This document shows, in pieces, positions 33,225-46,500 of a DNA stretch of 64,000 bases. The notes below the pieces were generated by a model. That model worked only from the letters and a program-made list of their open reading frames with translations, searched no databases and was not told the DNA's origin. The position numbers and the translations under genes were made by a program. Numbering within the stretch: position 1 is the first letter of the stretch; every line of letters starts with the position of its first letter. Origin of the DNA: Octopus bimaculoides (Eukaryota); NCBI RefSeq assembly GCF_001194135.2, contig NC_068996.1:5988226-6052225 (forward strand), in the 5' to 3' direction.

Positions 33225-35533
33225 TCGTATGCTTCCAGCACCAATTGGCTGGAATCTTCCACAGCACAACTGAATTATGTCACATCAACAAAATGGATTC
33301 TTGCTGTCTTGCTACATTAACCACCTGCAGACTGCAAGTCGGTAAATACAAGAAAGAGGAAGGAGAAAATGCAAAGTAAAATATTCCAACAAGCAAGAAG
33401 TAAGGGTGCCCAACCATCTTTGCTGACATCAGTGCCATTCTGTTGAAGTAGTTTAATAGTGTCTATGTGTCCGTTCTAACAGACGATATGTAGACGTCTG
33501 CAATCATCCCTTCCCTGTGAGCAGGCAGAATCTTTAGGCCATTGGACCAAATGCCTCGGGACACTTCTTACATTTGGAGTTCAAATCCTTCCAAGGTCAC
33601 TACCAAAAAGAAAAAGAAGGCAGCAACCTGACAGAATCATTGGTCAGAATGCTTAGCGGCATTTTGTCTGTCTTTACATTCTGAGTTCTGGTTCCTCTGA
33701 GGTGGACTTTTACCATTTTAGAAACAGATGTTGCTTTTGGGCCTTCTATTCATTAACTCGTTTGAAGCAGACACCTTGCTGTTGTAGGGAGTCCTTTACT
33801 TAGTCTCATTTCTTGCTGGTATGTTTCAGGTTCACTACTTAGTTTTTGGTTGATCTTGAGAACTAAAAATTTCAATGAGGAAAACTATGTAGTGTAGGAC
33901 CTGGTGACCCCACAAGCCATGCTCTGCTTCCAGCACCAATTGGCTATAGTCTTCCTGTCTTGCTACATTAACTCCCTGCAGACTGCAAATCGGTAAAAAC
34001 AAGAAAGAGGAATGAGAAACTGCAAAGAATTAAAAAATGCAAAGTAAAATATTCCAACAAGCAAGAAGTAAGGGTGCCCAACCATCTTTGCTGACATCAG
34101 TGCCATTCTGTTGAAGTAGTTTAATAGTGTCTATGTGTCCATTTTAATAGACTATATGTAGACGTCTGCAACCATCCCTTCCCTGTGAGCAGGCAGAATC
34201 TTTAGGCCATTGGACCAAATGCTTCTTCCGACTTCTTACATTTGGAGTTCAAATCCTTCCAAGGTCACTACCAAAAGGAAAAAGAAGGCAGCAATCTGAC
34301 AGAAACATTGGTCAGAATGCTTAGCGGCATTTTGTCTGTCTTTACATTCTGAGTTCTGGTTCCTCTGAAGTGGACTTTTACCATTTTAGAAACAGATGTT
34401 GCTTTTGGGCCTTCTATTCATTAACTCATTTGAAACGGCCACTTTTCTGTTGTAGGGAGTCTTTTACTTAAGACAGATCACTGTCGTTTAATTCATACGC
34501 CTGCATGAACTTTCAGGTATGTTTCTGGTTCACTGCTTAATTTTTGGTTAATCTTGAGAACTAAAAATTTCAATGAGGAAAACTATGTAGTGTAGGACAT
34601 GGTGACCCCACAAGCCATGCTCTGCTTCCATTACCAATTAGCTGGATTCTTCCTGTCTTGCAACAATTACCCCCTGCAGACTGCAAGTCGGTAAAAACAA
34701 GAAAGAGGAATGAGAAACTGCATAGAAAGAAAAAAATGCAAAGTAAAATATTCCAACAAGCAAGAAGGGTGCCCAACCATTTTTGCTGACATCAGTGCCA
34801 TTCTGTTGAAGTAGTTGAATTGTGTCTATGTGTCCATTTTAATAGACTATATGTAGACGTCTGCAATCATCCCTTCCCTGTGAGCAGGCAGAATCTTTAG
34901 GCCATTGGACCAAATGCCTCGGGACACTTCTTACATTTGGAGTTCAAATCCTTCCAAGGTCACTACCAAAAAGAAAAAGAAGGCAGCAACCTGACAGAAT
35001 CATTGGTCAGAATGCTTAGCGGCATTTTGTCTGTCCTTACATTCTGAGTTCTGGTTCCTCTGAGGTGGACTTTTACCATTTTAGAAATAGATGTTGCTTT
35101 TGGGCCTTCTATTCATTAACTCGTTTGAAGCAGACACTTTGCTGTTGTAGGGAGTTCTTTACTTAGTCTCATTTCTTGCTGGTACGTTTCAGGTTCACTA
35201 CTTAGTTTTTGGTTGATCTTGAGAACTAAGAATTTCAATGAGAAAAACTATAGTGTAGGACCTGGTGACCCCACAAGCCATGCTCTGCTTCCATTACCAA
35301 TTGGCTGGATTCTTCCTGTCTTGCTACATTAACTCCCTGCAGACTGCAAGTCGGTAAAAACAAGAAAGAGGAATGAGAAACTGCATAGAAAGAAAAAATG
35401 CAAAGTAAAATATTCCAACAAGCAAGAAGTAAGGGTGCCCAACCATCTTTGCTGACATCAGTGCTATTCTGTTGAAGTAGTTCAATAGTGTCTATGTGTC
35501 CATTTTAATAGACTATATGTAGACGTCTGCAAC
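33225..35533. repeat. Tandem array, 650-700 bp unit, about 3.5 copies, running into an N gap
   Basis: Anchor CCTGCAGACTGCAA at 33324, 33975, 34673 and 35336. A partial inverted copy lies at ~47283-47595. Confidence 0.95.
33383..33514 (-). pseudogene. Ankyrin-repeat pseudo-exon, one per tandem unit (also 34051-34182, 34750-34877, 35412-35533)
   Basis: After acceptor CTGCCTGCTCACAG| it reads GRD(D/G)CRRLHIV(C/Y)*NGHIDTIKLLQQNGTDVSKDGWAPLLLACWN, matching the ankyrin LHxAxxNGHxxxVKLLxxxGADV..DGxxPL consensus. An in-frame stop sits at the same codon in the copies translated (1 and 2). Confidence 0.75.
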
Positions 35534-35633
35534 NNNNNNNNNNNNNNNNNNNNNNNNNNNNNNNNNNNNNNNNNNNNNNNNNNNNNNNNNNNNNNNNNNN
35601 NNNNNNNNNNNNNNNNNNNNNNNNNNNNNNNNN

Positions 35634-35830
35634 CCTGTATACAGCAAATCTACCATCAGACAACAGTACTGTAACTTCAATTCTTACCATCCATATAATA
35701 TAAAAGGGCTTGCTCATTTCCAGCAATTTCGACCAAAAACTAAGAAGTGATCCTGAAACATACCAGCATGAAATGATCACACTAAGAAACGCAAGATAAT
35801 CCTGCAATAATATGCAAATTCCATGCTAGA
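35634..35830 (+). mobile_element. Penelope-like RT C-terminal fragment (also ~36080-36220, 46640-46870, 47210-47280, 47665-47800)
   Basis: VYSKSTIRQQYCNFNSYHPYNIKG, GFKT..LNFNSH and SSEPETYQQEMISLR resemble the PLE VYRKPTxTGQYLNFxSxHP..RAKxISS motif. Confidence 0.65.
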
Positions 35831-36399
35831 CGTCTTGGAAAACTTACAAAACATCCTACATGAAATCCACAAGATGGCTTTATACAAACAATGTTATGAT
35901 GAATTTGTAAAGCTCAAATTGAACAAGAAGACTATTGTATGTGCTAATAATTTAGCACAACAGTGAACTCCTTTGTGACCTCAAAGAATCCAGATTTAAC
36001 AAGAAATAGAAACATTTGCCAGACCGTTGGGTAGTTACACTTGAATTTCCACTGCTTTAATGATTTTGAAGAATATGGGTTCAAGACAGCCACACCTCAT
36101 AAGCATAGCTTCAGAGGTGAGCAACTTAACTTCAATTCTCACAATGGCTTTCCTATAACATCGACCAAAAACTAAGTGGTGATCCTGAAACATACCAGCA
36201 AGAAATGTTCAGTCTAAGAAACATTCAAATATTTAACAAGTAAACAGCAAGCATCCTATCCACTCTAAGCTAGGAAGATGGAAGAGGATGAAATGCCAGG
36301 CAAACCTGAAAATCTGCAACATTGAATGATGAATTTGTAAAGCAGAAATTGAACAAGGTGTAGACAGTTACCTCCCTTGAAACCAGTATGCTCCAGCTT

Positions 36400-36990
36400 G
36401 TGCCCATTTGTCCTTCCAAGAGCCCATGGCCACGCCTCTGTACTGATCAAAGAAAGGTGCTGTCGATTTTCGTGCTTGTGGTGACTTTAGAAGGCTTAAT
36501 GCTGTCACGGTTCCAGATCGCTATCCAATTTCTCTTTCACAGGATTTTTCTTCTGCCCTACATGGATGCAAATTTTTTTTTTTCCAAAATCAACATTGTA
36601 AGTGCATATCAAATTCCCATTAACCCGGAAGAAATACCCAAGACAGCAGTAACAACACTTTTTGGAGCATTTGAATTTTTATCCATGCCTTTCAGACTTC
36701 TTAACGCAGCAAGCACATTCCAGAGATTTATTGACAAGATTGTTTGTGGCTTATGTTTTGCTTTTGCACACGTAGATGATCTCGTAACTGCCAACATCAC
36801 TGAAGATCAACATATACAGCATTTAACACAGTTGTTCCAATGTTTGCATTCTTTTGGTGTGAAGATCAATCTGTCCAAATGTGTGTTTGGATCTTTCAGC
36901 TTGGAATATTTGGGACACCTCATGAACACCGATGGCATTTGCCTGCTTCCTGCTAAAGTGGAGGCCATCAAACACTTGTCTCCTCCAGTT
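36400..36990 (+). mobile_element. Ty3/gypsy reverse transcriptase fragment
   Basis: CGDFRRLNAVTVPDRYP(fs)FSKINIVSAYQIPINPEEIPKTAVTTLFGAFEFLSMPFRLLNAASTFQR..AHVDDL..KCVFG..EYLGH..AKVEAIK. No LTRs adjacent. Confidence 0.92.
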
Positions 36991-39900
36991 AAGAATATTT
37001 CATACAACATTAACAAAAAACTAAGTAGTGAACCTGAAACATACCAGCAAGAAACGATGAGACAAAGATATTCTACAATTTAACACGTACCCAACAAACA
37101 TACCTCCACTCCATCTAGGAGGAGGGAAGCAGATGAAACGCAAGAAGCTGCTGCAACAGTATGTCAACCCTATGTCAGAGTCCACTCAGAAAACATCCAG
37201 CACAAGATCCACAAGATGGATTGATAGAAATACATTGAATGATACATTTGGAAAGCTCAATTTCAGTAAGAAAAAGAGACTCTCTTGTGTAGTGTTTGTT
37301 AATAATCTGGTACATCAGCTGATTTTATCCTAAAAACAATAAAAATTTGATTCCACTGGACTTTATGAAGGATCCAGGTTCCAACAAAGATAAAAGTATT
37401 TCCAATCACTTCCAAGCATTCGCTGGTAATTAAGAAAGCCCATGAAAATGAAGTACAGTGTTTTAAGGACAACTGAAGAATGCACATCTCAACTCTTCCA
37501 AGAAAGCCAGAACAATTGCAAAGTTTGCAGAGAAAATCATGATTCTTGATACCAATGTGACCATGTTGTGAAGAATCAATTTCCTCTATGTAGACACTAT
37601 AAACTCAATTTCCTCCTCAGCTTCATAGAAGCAATGATAGTTCCTGAGGCAGTTATGGATATAAACGCATCTCAGTTTCCATTAAAACAAAAACCTGTTC
37701 CTCACTCTTCAGCAAGTCATTGATGGCAGTACAATTGAAACAGCACATATAGGGATCAACTTTAATGCAAAAGTCTCTCCCTGTATCACTACAGAACAAA
37801 GCAAAGCATTTTCCTTGAATTTGAAACAAGTGTTTGCAGGGCAAGCAAAAATGGTTGATCAAACAAGAAACATAGCGATAACGACTGGATAGGAAAACTG
37901 TAAGGTTTTCTTCCTTCTCAAATACAGACTTCGACAAGGTAAAAAAAGGAAATCTCTGAAGTTGGACTAAAAGTCAGGTTTATATGCAGTCTTTGACCAA
38001 GATGAAATGGAGATCCACAAAATGGATTTACACAAAGAAAAGCATTGAACGATGAATTTATAAAGCTCAAAATGAGCAAGAAAGACGGGCTTTTTATCAG
38101 GTAGTTGAAAATTGTATACTAGATCCAAGAAGGTGACTTCACCAGACCTAAATAACATTCCAAGTTCAAAAGAGAAAATGTGAACTCCATGTTGGATGTC
38201 TGAGAAAACTTAGAAAAATGTCCTCCACAAGATCGATTTAAACAATGGATGGTATGATGAATTTGTAAAGCTCATATTGAGCAAGAGAAAGAAACTTTCT
38301 GGTGTGGTATTTGCTAATAATGTAGCACAATAGGGATGTGCATTTGTCCTCATGAAGAATCCGGATCTAAGGAAATAAATGTATTTCCCAGAGTCTTGAT
38401 TAGTTACAGATAAATACATGTTTCAATTTTCATTAAAACACCAATGTTTTCCAATCTTTTTAGTGATTAATTAATGACTGTAATATTGAGACTGCATTAA
38501 AGTCGATGCCTACATAGTATGATTGTTTAGTACTCTATGGAACAACGTAAAGCAAACAAAACAACAACTTCATAGATTGAGCTTCACCAAGAACCGACAC
38601 ATACAGCTGATATTCAGTCAAACTAAGATCCACAAAATGTACTTGCACTAACAAAAATATTGAAATGGGAATTTGCAAAGATCAAAATGAGCAAGAAAGA
38701 CAGGCTTTCTAGCAGAGCAATTGCAAGTTACCTATCAGATCAGGAAGCCAAGTTTGTCACAAAAACAACAAGAAGCAGATTTCACTGGACCTAATTAAAG
38801 ATCTAAGTTTCAAAGAGAAACACCACTGGGCCTTGTGAATTATCCAGATTTAACAAAAGAAATAAAGACTTATTTCCCATCACTACAAGAATTCACAGGC
38901 AATGGCAATATGCTTCCGCCTCGTGGGCTTATTAGAGAAACAGCAACTTCAAAGTGGGCTGAGAATCAACCTGAGATCCATAAGATGGATTTGCACAAAC
39001 AAAAATATTAAATCATTATTACCTGAATGTCAAAATTGGTAGCATCGTAATTGCTAATTACCTAGCAAACCAGGGAGCCAAGTTTTCCTTAAAAATAAGA
39101 ATGTAATCTCATTGGGCCTCAGAAAGATCCAGAATTAAGAAAAAAATTAAAATATTTTTCATATTAGAGAAACAGCAACTTCAAAGTGGGCTGAGAATCA
39201 ACCTAAGATCCATAAGATGGATTTGCACAAACAAAAATATTTAATCATTATTGTCTGAACGACAGGTTCTGTAGCGTTGTAATTGCTAATTACCTAGCAA
39301 ACCAGGGGCCAAATTTTCCATATTAGAGAAAGAGCAACTTCAAAGTGGGCTGAGAATCAACCTAAGAACCACAAGATGTATTTGCACAAACAAAAATATT
39401 AAATCATTATTCTTTAAAGCTCAAATTTAGCAATTACAATGCTACAAATTCTGTCATTCTTGCTCATTATCTAGCAGACCAGGGAGCTAAATTTTCCATA
39501 AAAATTGGAAGAATGTACTCCCACTGGGCCTGAAGGAGGATCCAGCTTTAAAAAATAAAAGTATTTTCTATATTAAAGAAATGGCAACTCCATAGAGGGC
39601 TGCGAATCGACGTGATATCCACAAGAGGGATTTGCACAAACAAAATTATTAAATCATTATTACCTGAATGTCAAAATTGGTAGCATTGTAATTGCTAATT
39701 ACCTAGCCAACCAGGGAGCCAAATTTTCCATAAAAATAAGAATGCAATCTTCCTGGGCCTCAAGAAAGATCCAGAATTAAGNNNNNNNNNNNNNNNNNNN
39801 NNNNNNNNNNNNNNNNNNNNNNNNNNNNNNNNNNNNNNNNNNNNNNNNNNNNNNNNNNNNNNNNNNNNNNNNNNNNNNNNNNNNNNNNNNNNNNNNNNNN

Positions 39901-40444
39901 NNNNNNNNNNNNNNNNNNNNNNNNNNNNNNNNNNNNNNNNNNNNNNNNNNNNNNNNNNNNNNNNNNNNNNNNNNNNNNNNNNNNNNNNNNNNNNNNNNNN
40001 NNNNNNNNNNNNNNNNNNNNNNNNNNNNNNNNNNNNNNNNNNNNNNNNNNNNNNNNNNNNNNNNNNNNNNNNNNNNNNNNNNNNNNNNNNNNNNNNNNNN
40101 NNNNNAAATCATTATTACCTGAATGTCAAAATTGGTAGCATTGTAATTGCTAATTACCTAGCCAACCAGGGAGCCAAATTTTCCATAAAAATAAGAATGC
40201 AATCTTCCTGGGCCTCAAGAAAGATCCAGAATTAAGAAAATAAAAACATTTTTCCATATTAGAGAAACAACAACTTCAAAGTGGGCTGAGAATCAACCTA
40301 AGAACCACAAGATGTATTTGCACAAACAAAAATATTAAATCATTATTCTTTAAAGCTCAAATTTAGCAATTACAATGCTACAAATTCTGTCATTCTTGCT
40401 CATTATCTAGCAGACCAGGGAGCTAAATTTTCCATAAAAATTGG

Positions 40445-41700
40445 AAAGTGAGAGGCCTTACTGCAGATGACATCACTATCATAATATCCAGTTGCTACCA
40501 CCTGCGACAAGTGGGTGATGTCAAAGGAATACGAGACAGTAGCAAAAGCAAGAATAAACCAAGAGAAGTCAGTCGGCTTGCAACTCGGTACCTGGAGAGA
40601 CAAGTCAATGCCATCATACAACGTGGTGGTGTGGTGGATGGACGTTCCAGTGAAAATGTCAGTGGTTTCTTTTGGTCCAGACCTCCAGATAGAAACTAGA
40701 TGAAATAACGTACCTGCTGAACACCCTTCAAAATTGCTAGGCCTTGTGCCGAAATTCAGAGCAAAATGCTTAGCAGCAGTTAGTTGTTACATTCTAAGTC
40801 CCCCACCCCACGTCTAATCTGAAATTACTGTACTTGAATCAATGTTTAAAACCATTATTTACCCAGACCTGGTCTGGAAGGCAGCTGTTCCTGAAATATA
40901 GGACAGCAGTGGTGGCAGATGGTCTGTCTGTGAATTTCATTCTTCCACAGTTCACGTTTTCAGTGAACTGGAACCATGGATCAAGTGGAGACCCAGGCTG
41001 TGTGAATGGCATGCAGAGTGCCGTGAGGCTCTCTGGCTCCTCTCCCACAAGGGCAATGTTAGCGGCCGGGGTTCCACAACATTCTTCTATAGAGGGTTGG
41101 TAGAGAGCGAGTGTGACGCTAACCTGGGGAGAACTCTGGGCTTTAATGAACGTCAGCCTGCCAGTCTGTTTTGGAGAATTAGCGGGCCAGGACCTCTGGA
41201 TAATTACCAGAAATCCCTAGCCTAGCAATGTTACCAGGGTGCCCTGCCCATTCAGGATAGGTTCTATAGACATGGCCAATTTTCGTTGCCATCTTGTCTG
41301 AGATGCAGGCGAAGCAGTGAAACTGTTTTCCACGCATTCATGCAATCTCCAATGTTATTGGATCTATGTAACTACACCAAACCTGTTGTCACATCTGGGA
41401 AGAGTACAGATGCCGGCCAAGTCTATCATCATGATAGTCTAGCCACCTTCCCTTAACAAAGAAGGAAACATTTGCACGCTTGTCGTGACAATGACGAAAG
41501 AGGCAATCTGGAAGATGAGAGCAAAATGTATCGAGACAGGCACCTTCATATCCAGCTTTGGGTTGGTGATCTTTTTCCGCTTCCACCCGAAACGGAAAAA
41601 AAGGCTGGAGAGCTTGCTGGGAGTGAATGGCCCAACCTAAAGGAAGCTATAAAGGTATGAAAATGTTTCAGTGGCAGTGTGTGGGGTGTGGGACCCCCCA
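40445..41700 (+). mobile_element. Tx1/L1-clade LINE fragments (possible ORF1 piece plus ORF2 C-terminal zinc-finger region)
   Basis: LDNYQKSLA*QCYQGALPIQDRFYRHG..SCLRCRRSSETVFHAFMQ..TKEAIWKMR. The ORF1 assignment of 40445-40700 is weaker. Confidence 0.65.
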
Positions 41701-41849
41701 TCTTTCCCACTTTTTTCATTTCTAATTTAGGCATTGTACATATTTTTAACTAACTTTTAATTTTGTTAATTCCCACACGTTATGTACGTGGTTCAGCAAC
41801 ACCCCTCCCCCTTTCTTTGTGCACTTGTCTGTCCTTGTTTGTCCCCCAT

Positions 41850-42260
41850 GTTGTCCCTTCATGGTAATAAAAGAAATAATTCACAGAAGATGACAATGTG
41901 CTTCTTTGTGGATTTACTTTTCGCTAGAAAGAGTTTTGTAGGTAACTGGTGCATACACACCAAAACTCTTTCCAAGGAAGCCAGAACAATTGCAGAGCAT
42001 GAGAGACTGAGAGAAACATGATCCTTGGTGTCAATGGGACTATGTTGTGAAAAATCATTGCTTGTCTCCAATGCACTTTCTCTATATAGGAATTAGGAAT
42101 TCAATTTCCTCATTGGCTGCCACAGAAACCATGGGTTGTGCCTTGGAGAACAGGTTCCCTTCTCTTAACCCAATAGACCCCTGGTTGTGTTTTTGCTCCT
42201 ACTAATTTGGACATGAACTTGCTGGGAATCATCTGACTGAGCATATGAAATGTTCAGCAT
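41850..42260 (-). mobile_element. LINE apurinic-endonuclease fragment (RTE-like)
   Basis: Minus-strand GVYAPVT remnant, similar to the APE SxYAP motif. Heavily decayed. Confidence 0.4.
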
Positions 42261-42769
42261 GTAGTCGACACCCATAGCTTACAGTTACATACTGTCCTTC
42301 TCTTCCAGATTGTGAAAGCTTACCATAATGTTTAATCTAAATACAGTGAAATTTTAAGTCACCAGGTCTTACAAATTCAAGTAATTATTGTATATCGTGT
42401 TTAATTCAAGCTTTCTAATGCTTTGAACCTGATGACAAAGGATCATTTTACTCACAACTAAAATATCTATTAGTATTACTAGCTTGAAGTAGTTCATATG
42501 AAAGCTTAAGAAAAATCTTTTGACAATGCATAAACATAACAATGGGCGCCCTACCTTTATGTGCTTGTCTGTCCCCTCTGTGTGTTATCACAAAGGCAAG
42601 ACATAAGTCTAGGCATTAACATATATATGTGTGTGTGTGTATACGCATACACACACACACACACATACTGTACATATATTTTTGCATAATAAACTTCAGT
42701 TTGTCTTTTACTCTACCACATTGAATGAAATTTTGCTGAAGAAGTTAGTATGAGACACTAACCGTTCGT

Positions 42770-43010
42770 GACCTCACCACAGACACGCCACCAGATGCTA
42801 CCTACAAGAGTGTAAAAGAGCAGGTCCTTTGTAGGAATTCGAAATCCAACAGCTGCTTTCTCACTCTTCCAGAGGACGAATATTTGGGAGATAGGACTGA
42901 CCAAATTTTTACATAGGATTCGCGAGTTGGCTGATGGCTCCAAAGGGGAGAATTCATTTATAAAACATTTTAGTCGTCCCCACAAGGATGCACTACAGAA
43001 CAAGATAATT
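42770..43010 (+). mobile_element. Gypsy gag-like fragment
   Basis: DTPPDATYKSVKEQVL..EDEYLGDRT resembles the gypsy gag YxxLKxxIL..LGDRxPS pattern. Confidence 0.5.
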
Positions 43011-43244
43011 TTCAGCAGACAAATATTCCCACATTAGAGACCTAAGATCCACAAGATGGATTTGCACAAACAAAAATATTAAATCATTATTCTTTAAAGC
43101 TCAAATTGAGCAAGAATGACAGGATCTGTAGCATTGTAATTGCTAATTATCTAGCAGACAAGGGAGCCAAATTTTCCATAAAAATAGGAAGAATGTAATC
43201 TCACTGGGACTCAAGATCCAGATTTAACAAAAAAGGAGTTAGGG

Positions 43245-43510
43245 GTAATGTGGTTGCAGAAATTGTCTGACAGCCATGACTGGATTCTCCTGCTTGTGTG
43301 GCATTGTGCAGAGTCCTGTTGCCAGACTCTTCCAACAGCCACCCTCCTGGCTATCTTCCAGCAGCCACCCTCTTGACCAAGAGTAGCACTACCTCTTCCA
43401 TGTTGAGTCTGAAACATAAGGGAAGATGAATGGAAGCATAACATCACCATTCCTAGTGATCACTCCAAACACCATGATGTTGACTGAATGTTTGATTTTC
43501 ATCATTCTTG
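43245..43510 (-). mobile_element. maT/mariner transposase fragment
   Basis: MKIKHSVNIMVFGVITRNGDVMLPFIFP..VWQQDSAQCHTSRRIQSWLSDNFCNHITPN is homologous to the 23743-24904 element. Confidence 0.8.
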
Positions 43511-46500
43511 GTACATGTTTTGGGAACATGGCAAGTCTTCAGATTGACACCCAAACATTCTGAAATGTTCATAGTGGAGACAAGTATTCCCACATTAGAG
43601 ACAAAAATTCTAAGTGTAAAAAGTCCTAGGCACTGGAATGTGGAGGATATGCCCTCAAAAAATGAAACCAGAGAAGTGGGGCTATAAAGATCTACTAGCA
43701 TTTACATGTCAAACTGTACAGTATCTTTTGAAGTATGGAACACCATTCAGGAATCCCAGAAGACAAAAATTGCTTGTTGCATCAAGAGCAAGTATCAATG
43801 AGGAAAGATATGACAACATAGGTTATGATATATCAAAGAGTGAACCAGAAAATCATTGACGATGTAGGCAATGCAAGAGTCAAAATATACATGTGCTGGA
43901 AATGCAGAGTTCCTATGCATGTCAACTGTGCCTCTGATTATCACAGAATCCAGTGTTAGTGAAGTTTTGGGAAGAAGTCCTGAGAATCATCTTATATTAC
44001 ATAACAGAAAAGAAAAAAGGTTACATTTAGATAGAATGTATATTTAATGTTTTGTGATATTGTATTATGCTGTATTACAATGATAATTATAGTTTCAAAG
44101 TAAAATCTTCATAAAGATTTCAATCAGTTCTATATTTTGTTTAGATAAGAATGACCACGTATTTGAAATAATGAAAATTAAACTAATCTCAATGTTTGCT
44201 TTAATTTTCATTAATCCAAATATTTTCCCTAGAAATAGAAAGAATGAGTGTAAAATGCTTCAGTTTTATTTGAATTAGTAAACATTTTTGATGTAAGATT
44301 TTTTTTTGTATAATGATACATTATGTAACCTGTGGCCCACCGCTGCACTAACGAAACATGTACTAGGGCTGGTGTGCCCATTGTTGCATTAATGTAATAC
44401 ACATAAATTTATAATAACTTCTTACATGTTAAATTAGTCAAAATAATCAAGTGCTATGTATCATTAAACATAATATCTACCATATATGTGAAAGATAACC
44501 GATTCCTAAGACTTATTTTTTTTTTTTTAAAGAGCATACACGGGTTAAGCAAGCCATTAATTACTAGTATATAAATCCACAAGAGGTATTTACACATACA
44601 CAAATGCTGAAAGATGAATTTGTAAAGCTCAAATTGAGCAAGAAAGATAGATCTTGTAACACTGTAGTTGCTCATCTAGCTCATACAAGAGCCAAATTTA
44701 TTATAAAAATAATAAGAAGCAGACTCCATGGGACCTCATTAAAAGTCTAAAATTAAGAGTAAAATGTATCCCCATCACCATAAGTATTCACTGATAATGA
44801 CAATGTAAACACATTTTCCATTGGTTATATTAATCATGTCTGTTTTAATTCTACCAATACATTAGACCATCAATCGTGTCTTCACTGAAGACCATGCGAT
44901 AATAGAATAAACAGAAAATGCAAGATCCTGAGAATGAACTGCAAAAGAAGTATGATATGTTGGAAAAATATGAATATATACCAGCCTTAGTCTAAAATGT
45001 TAAATGGATATGGAAAATTGTTTGTCCAAAGAATGAGCCATATCCATTTGCCTCAAGAACATCTAGGACTTCAACAACATCAAAATGAAACTATCCAAAA
45101 TGCTGGTAAAGACAGTTCTGATGTATTATTAAAATTGTCCAAGGTCCATGCGATTGATTTACGCAAACAACAATATAAACAGATTTTTAAAGCTCAAATT
45201 GAGCAAGAAAGAAAGATCTTGTCATGCTGTAGCTGCTAATAATCTAGAACATATGGGAGCAAAGTTTATAAAATCAGTAAGAAGCAGACTTCACTGAACC
45301 TCATTAAAAAATAGCTTCTTAGATGCTTTCCATTATTCTTAGCTTTTAAGCTCTGGTCCCTGACGAAGCTCAACTGAAGATTCATAAGATGGATTTGCTC
45401 TAACAAAACACTGATAGGGGAATTTGGAAAGTCCAAATTGAGCAAGAGTGGCAGACTTTCTGATATAGTATTTACTAATAATCTAGCATGTCAGGCAGCA
45501 AACTACCATAAAAAGTAGAAATATAACCCCACTGGGTCACTTAAAGGATCCGGATTTAACGGAAGAAATAAAAACATATTTGCCATCGCTAAATGCATCA
45601 CATAGAATGATGATGTGGTTCCTCTTCATGGGCTCCCTTATCAGTAGAGATACAGAGATTTGAGGGTAACTGAAGAATACATCTGAGAATTCTTGGCAAG
45701 GAAGCCAAAAGAATTGCTGAGCATGAGAGACTTAACAGAGNNNNNNNNNNNNNNNNNNNNNNNNNNNNNNNNNNNNNNNNNNNNNNNNNNNNNNNNNNNN
45801 NNNNNNNNNNNNNNNNNNNNNNNNNNNNNNNNNNNNNNNNNNNNNNNNNNNNNNNNNNNNNNNNNNNNNNNNNNNNNNNNNNNNNNNNNNNNNNNNNNNN
45901 NNNNNNNNNNNNNNNNNNNNNNNNNNNNNNNNNNNNNNNNNNNNNNNNNNNNNNNNNNNNNNNNNNNNNNNNNNNNNNNNNNNNNNNNNNNNNNNNNNNN
46001 NNNNNNNNNNNNNNNNNNNNNNNNNNNNNNNNNNNNNNNNNNNNNNNNNNNNNNNNNNNNNNNNNNNNNNNNNNNNNNNNNNNNNNNNNNNNNNNNNNNN
46101 NNNNNNNNNNNNNNNNNNNNNNNNNNNNNNNNNNNNNNNNNNNNNNNNNNNNNNNNNNNNNNNNNNNNNNNNNNNNNNNNNNNNNNNNNNNNNNNNNNNN
46201 NNNNNNNNNNNNNNNNNNNNNNNNNNNNNNNNNNNNNNNNNNNNNNNNNNNNNNNNNNNNNNNNNNNNNNNNNNNNNNNNNNNNNNNNNNNNNNNNNNNN
46301 NNNNNNNNNNNNNNNNNNNNNNNNNNNNNNNNNNNNNNNNNNNNNNNNNNNNNNNNNNNNNNNNNNNNNNNNNNNNNNNNNNNNNNNNNNNNNNNNNNNN
46401 NNNNNNNNNNNNNNNNNNNNNNNNNNNNNNNNNNNNNNNNNNNNNNNNNNNNNNNNNNNNNNNNNNNNNNNNNNNNNNNNNNNNNNNNNNNNNNNNNNNN

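Noticed and set aside
33225-40445. CRISPR-like repeat-spacer array
   Set aside because: Units are 160-700 bp with homologous, not unique, intervening sequence. There are no cas genes and the context is eukaryotic.
45355-45385. CTGACGA AGCTC hammerhead start (mirror at ~48530-48550)
   Set aside because: It is truncated, with no closing stem II or GAAA. At most a pLTR scrap.
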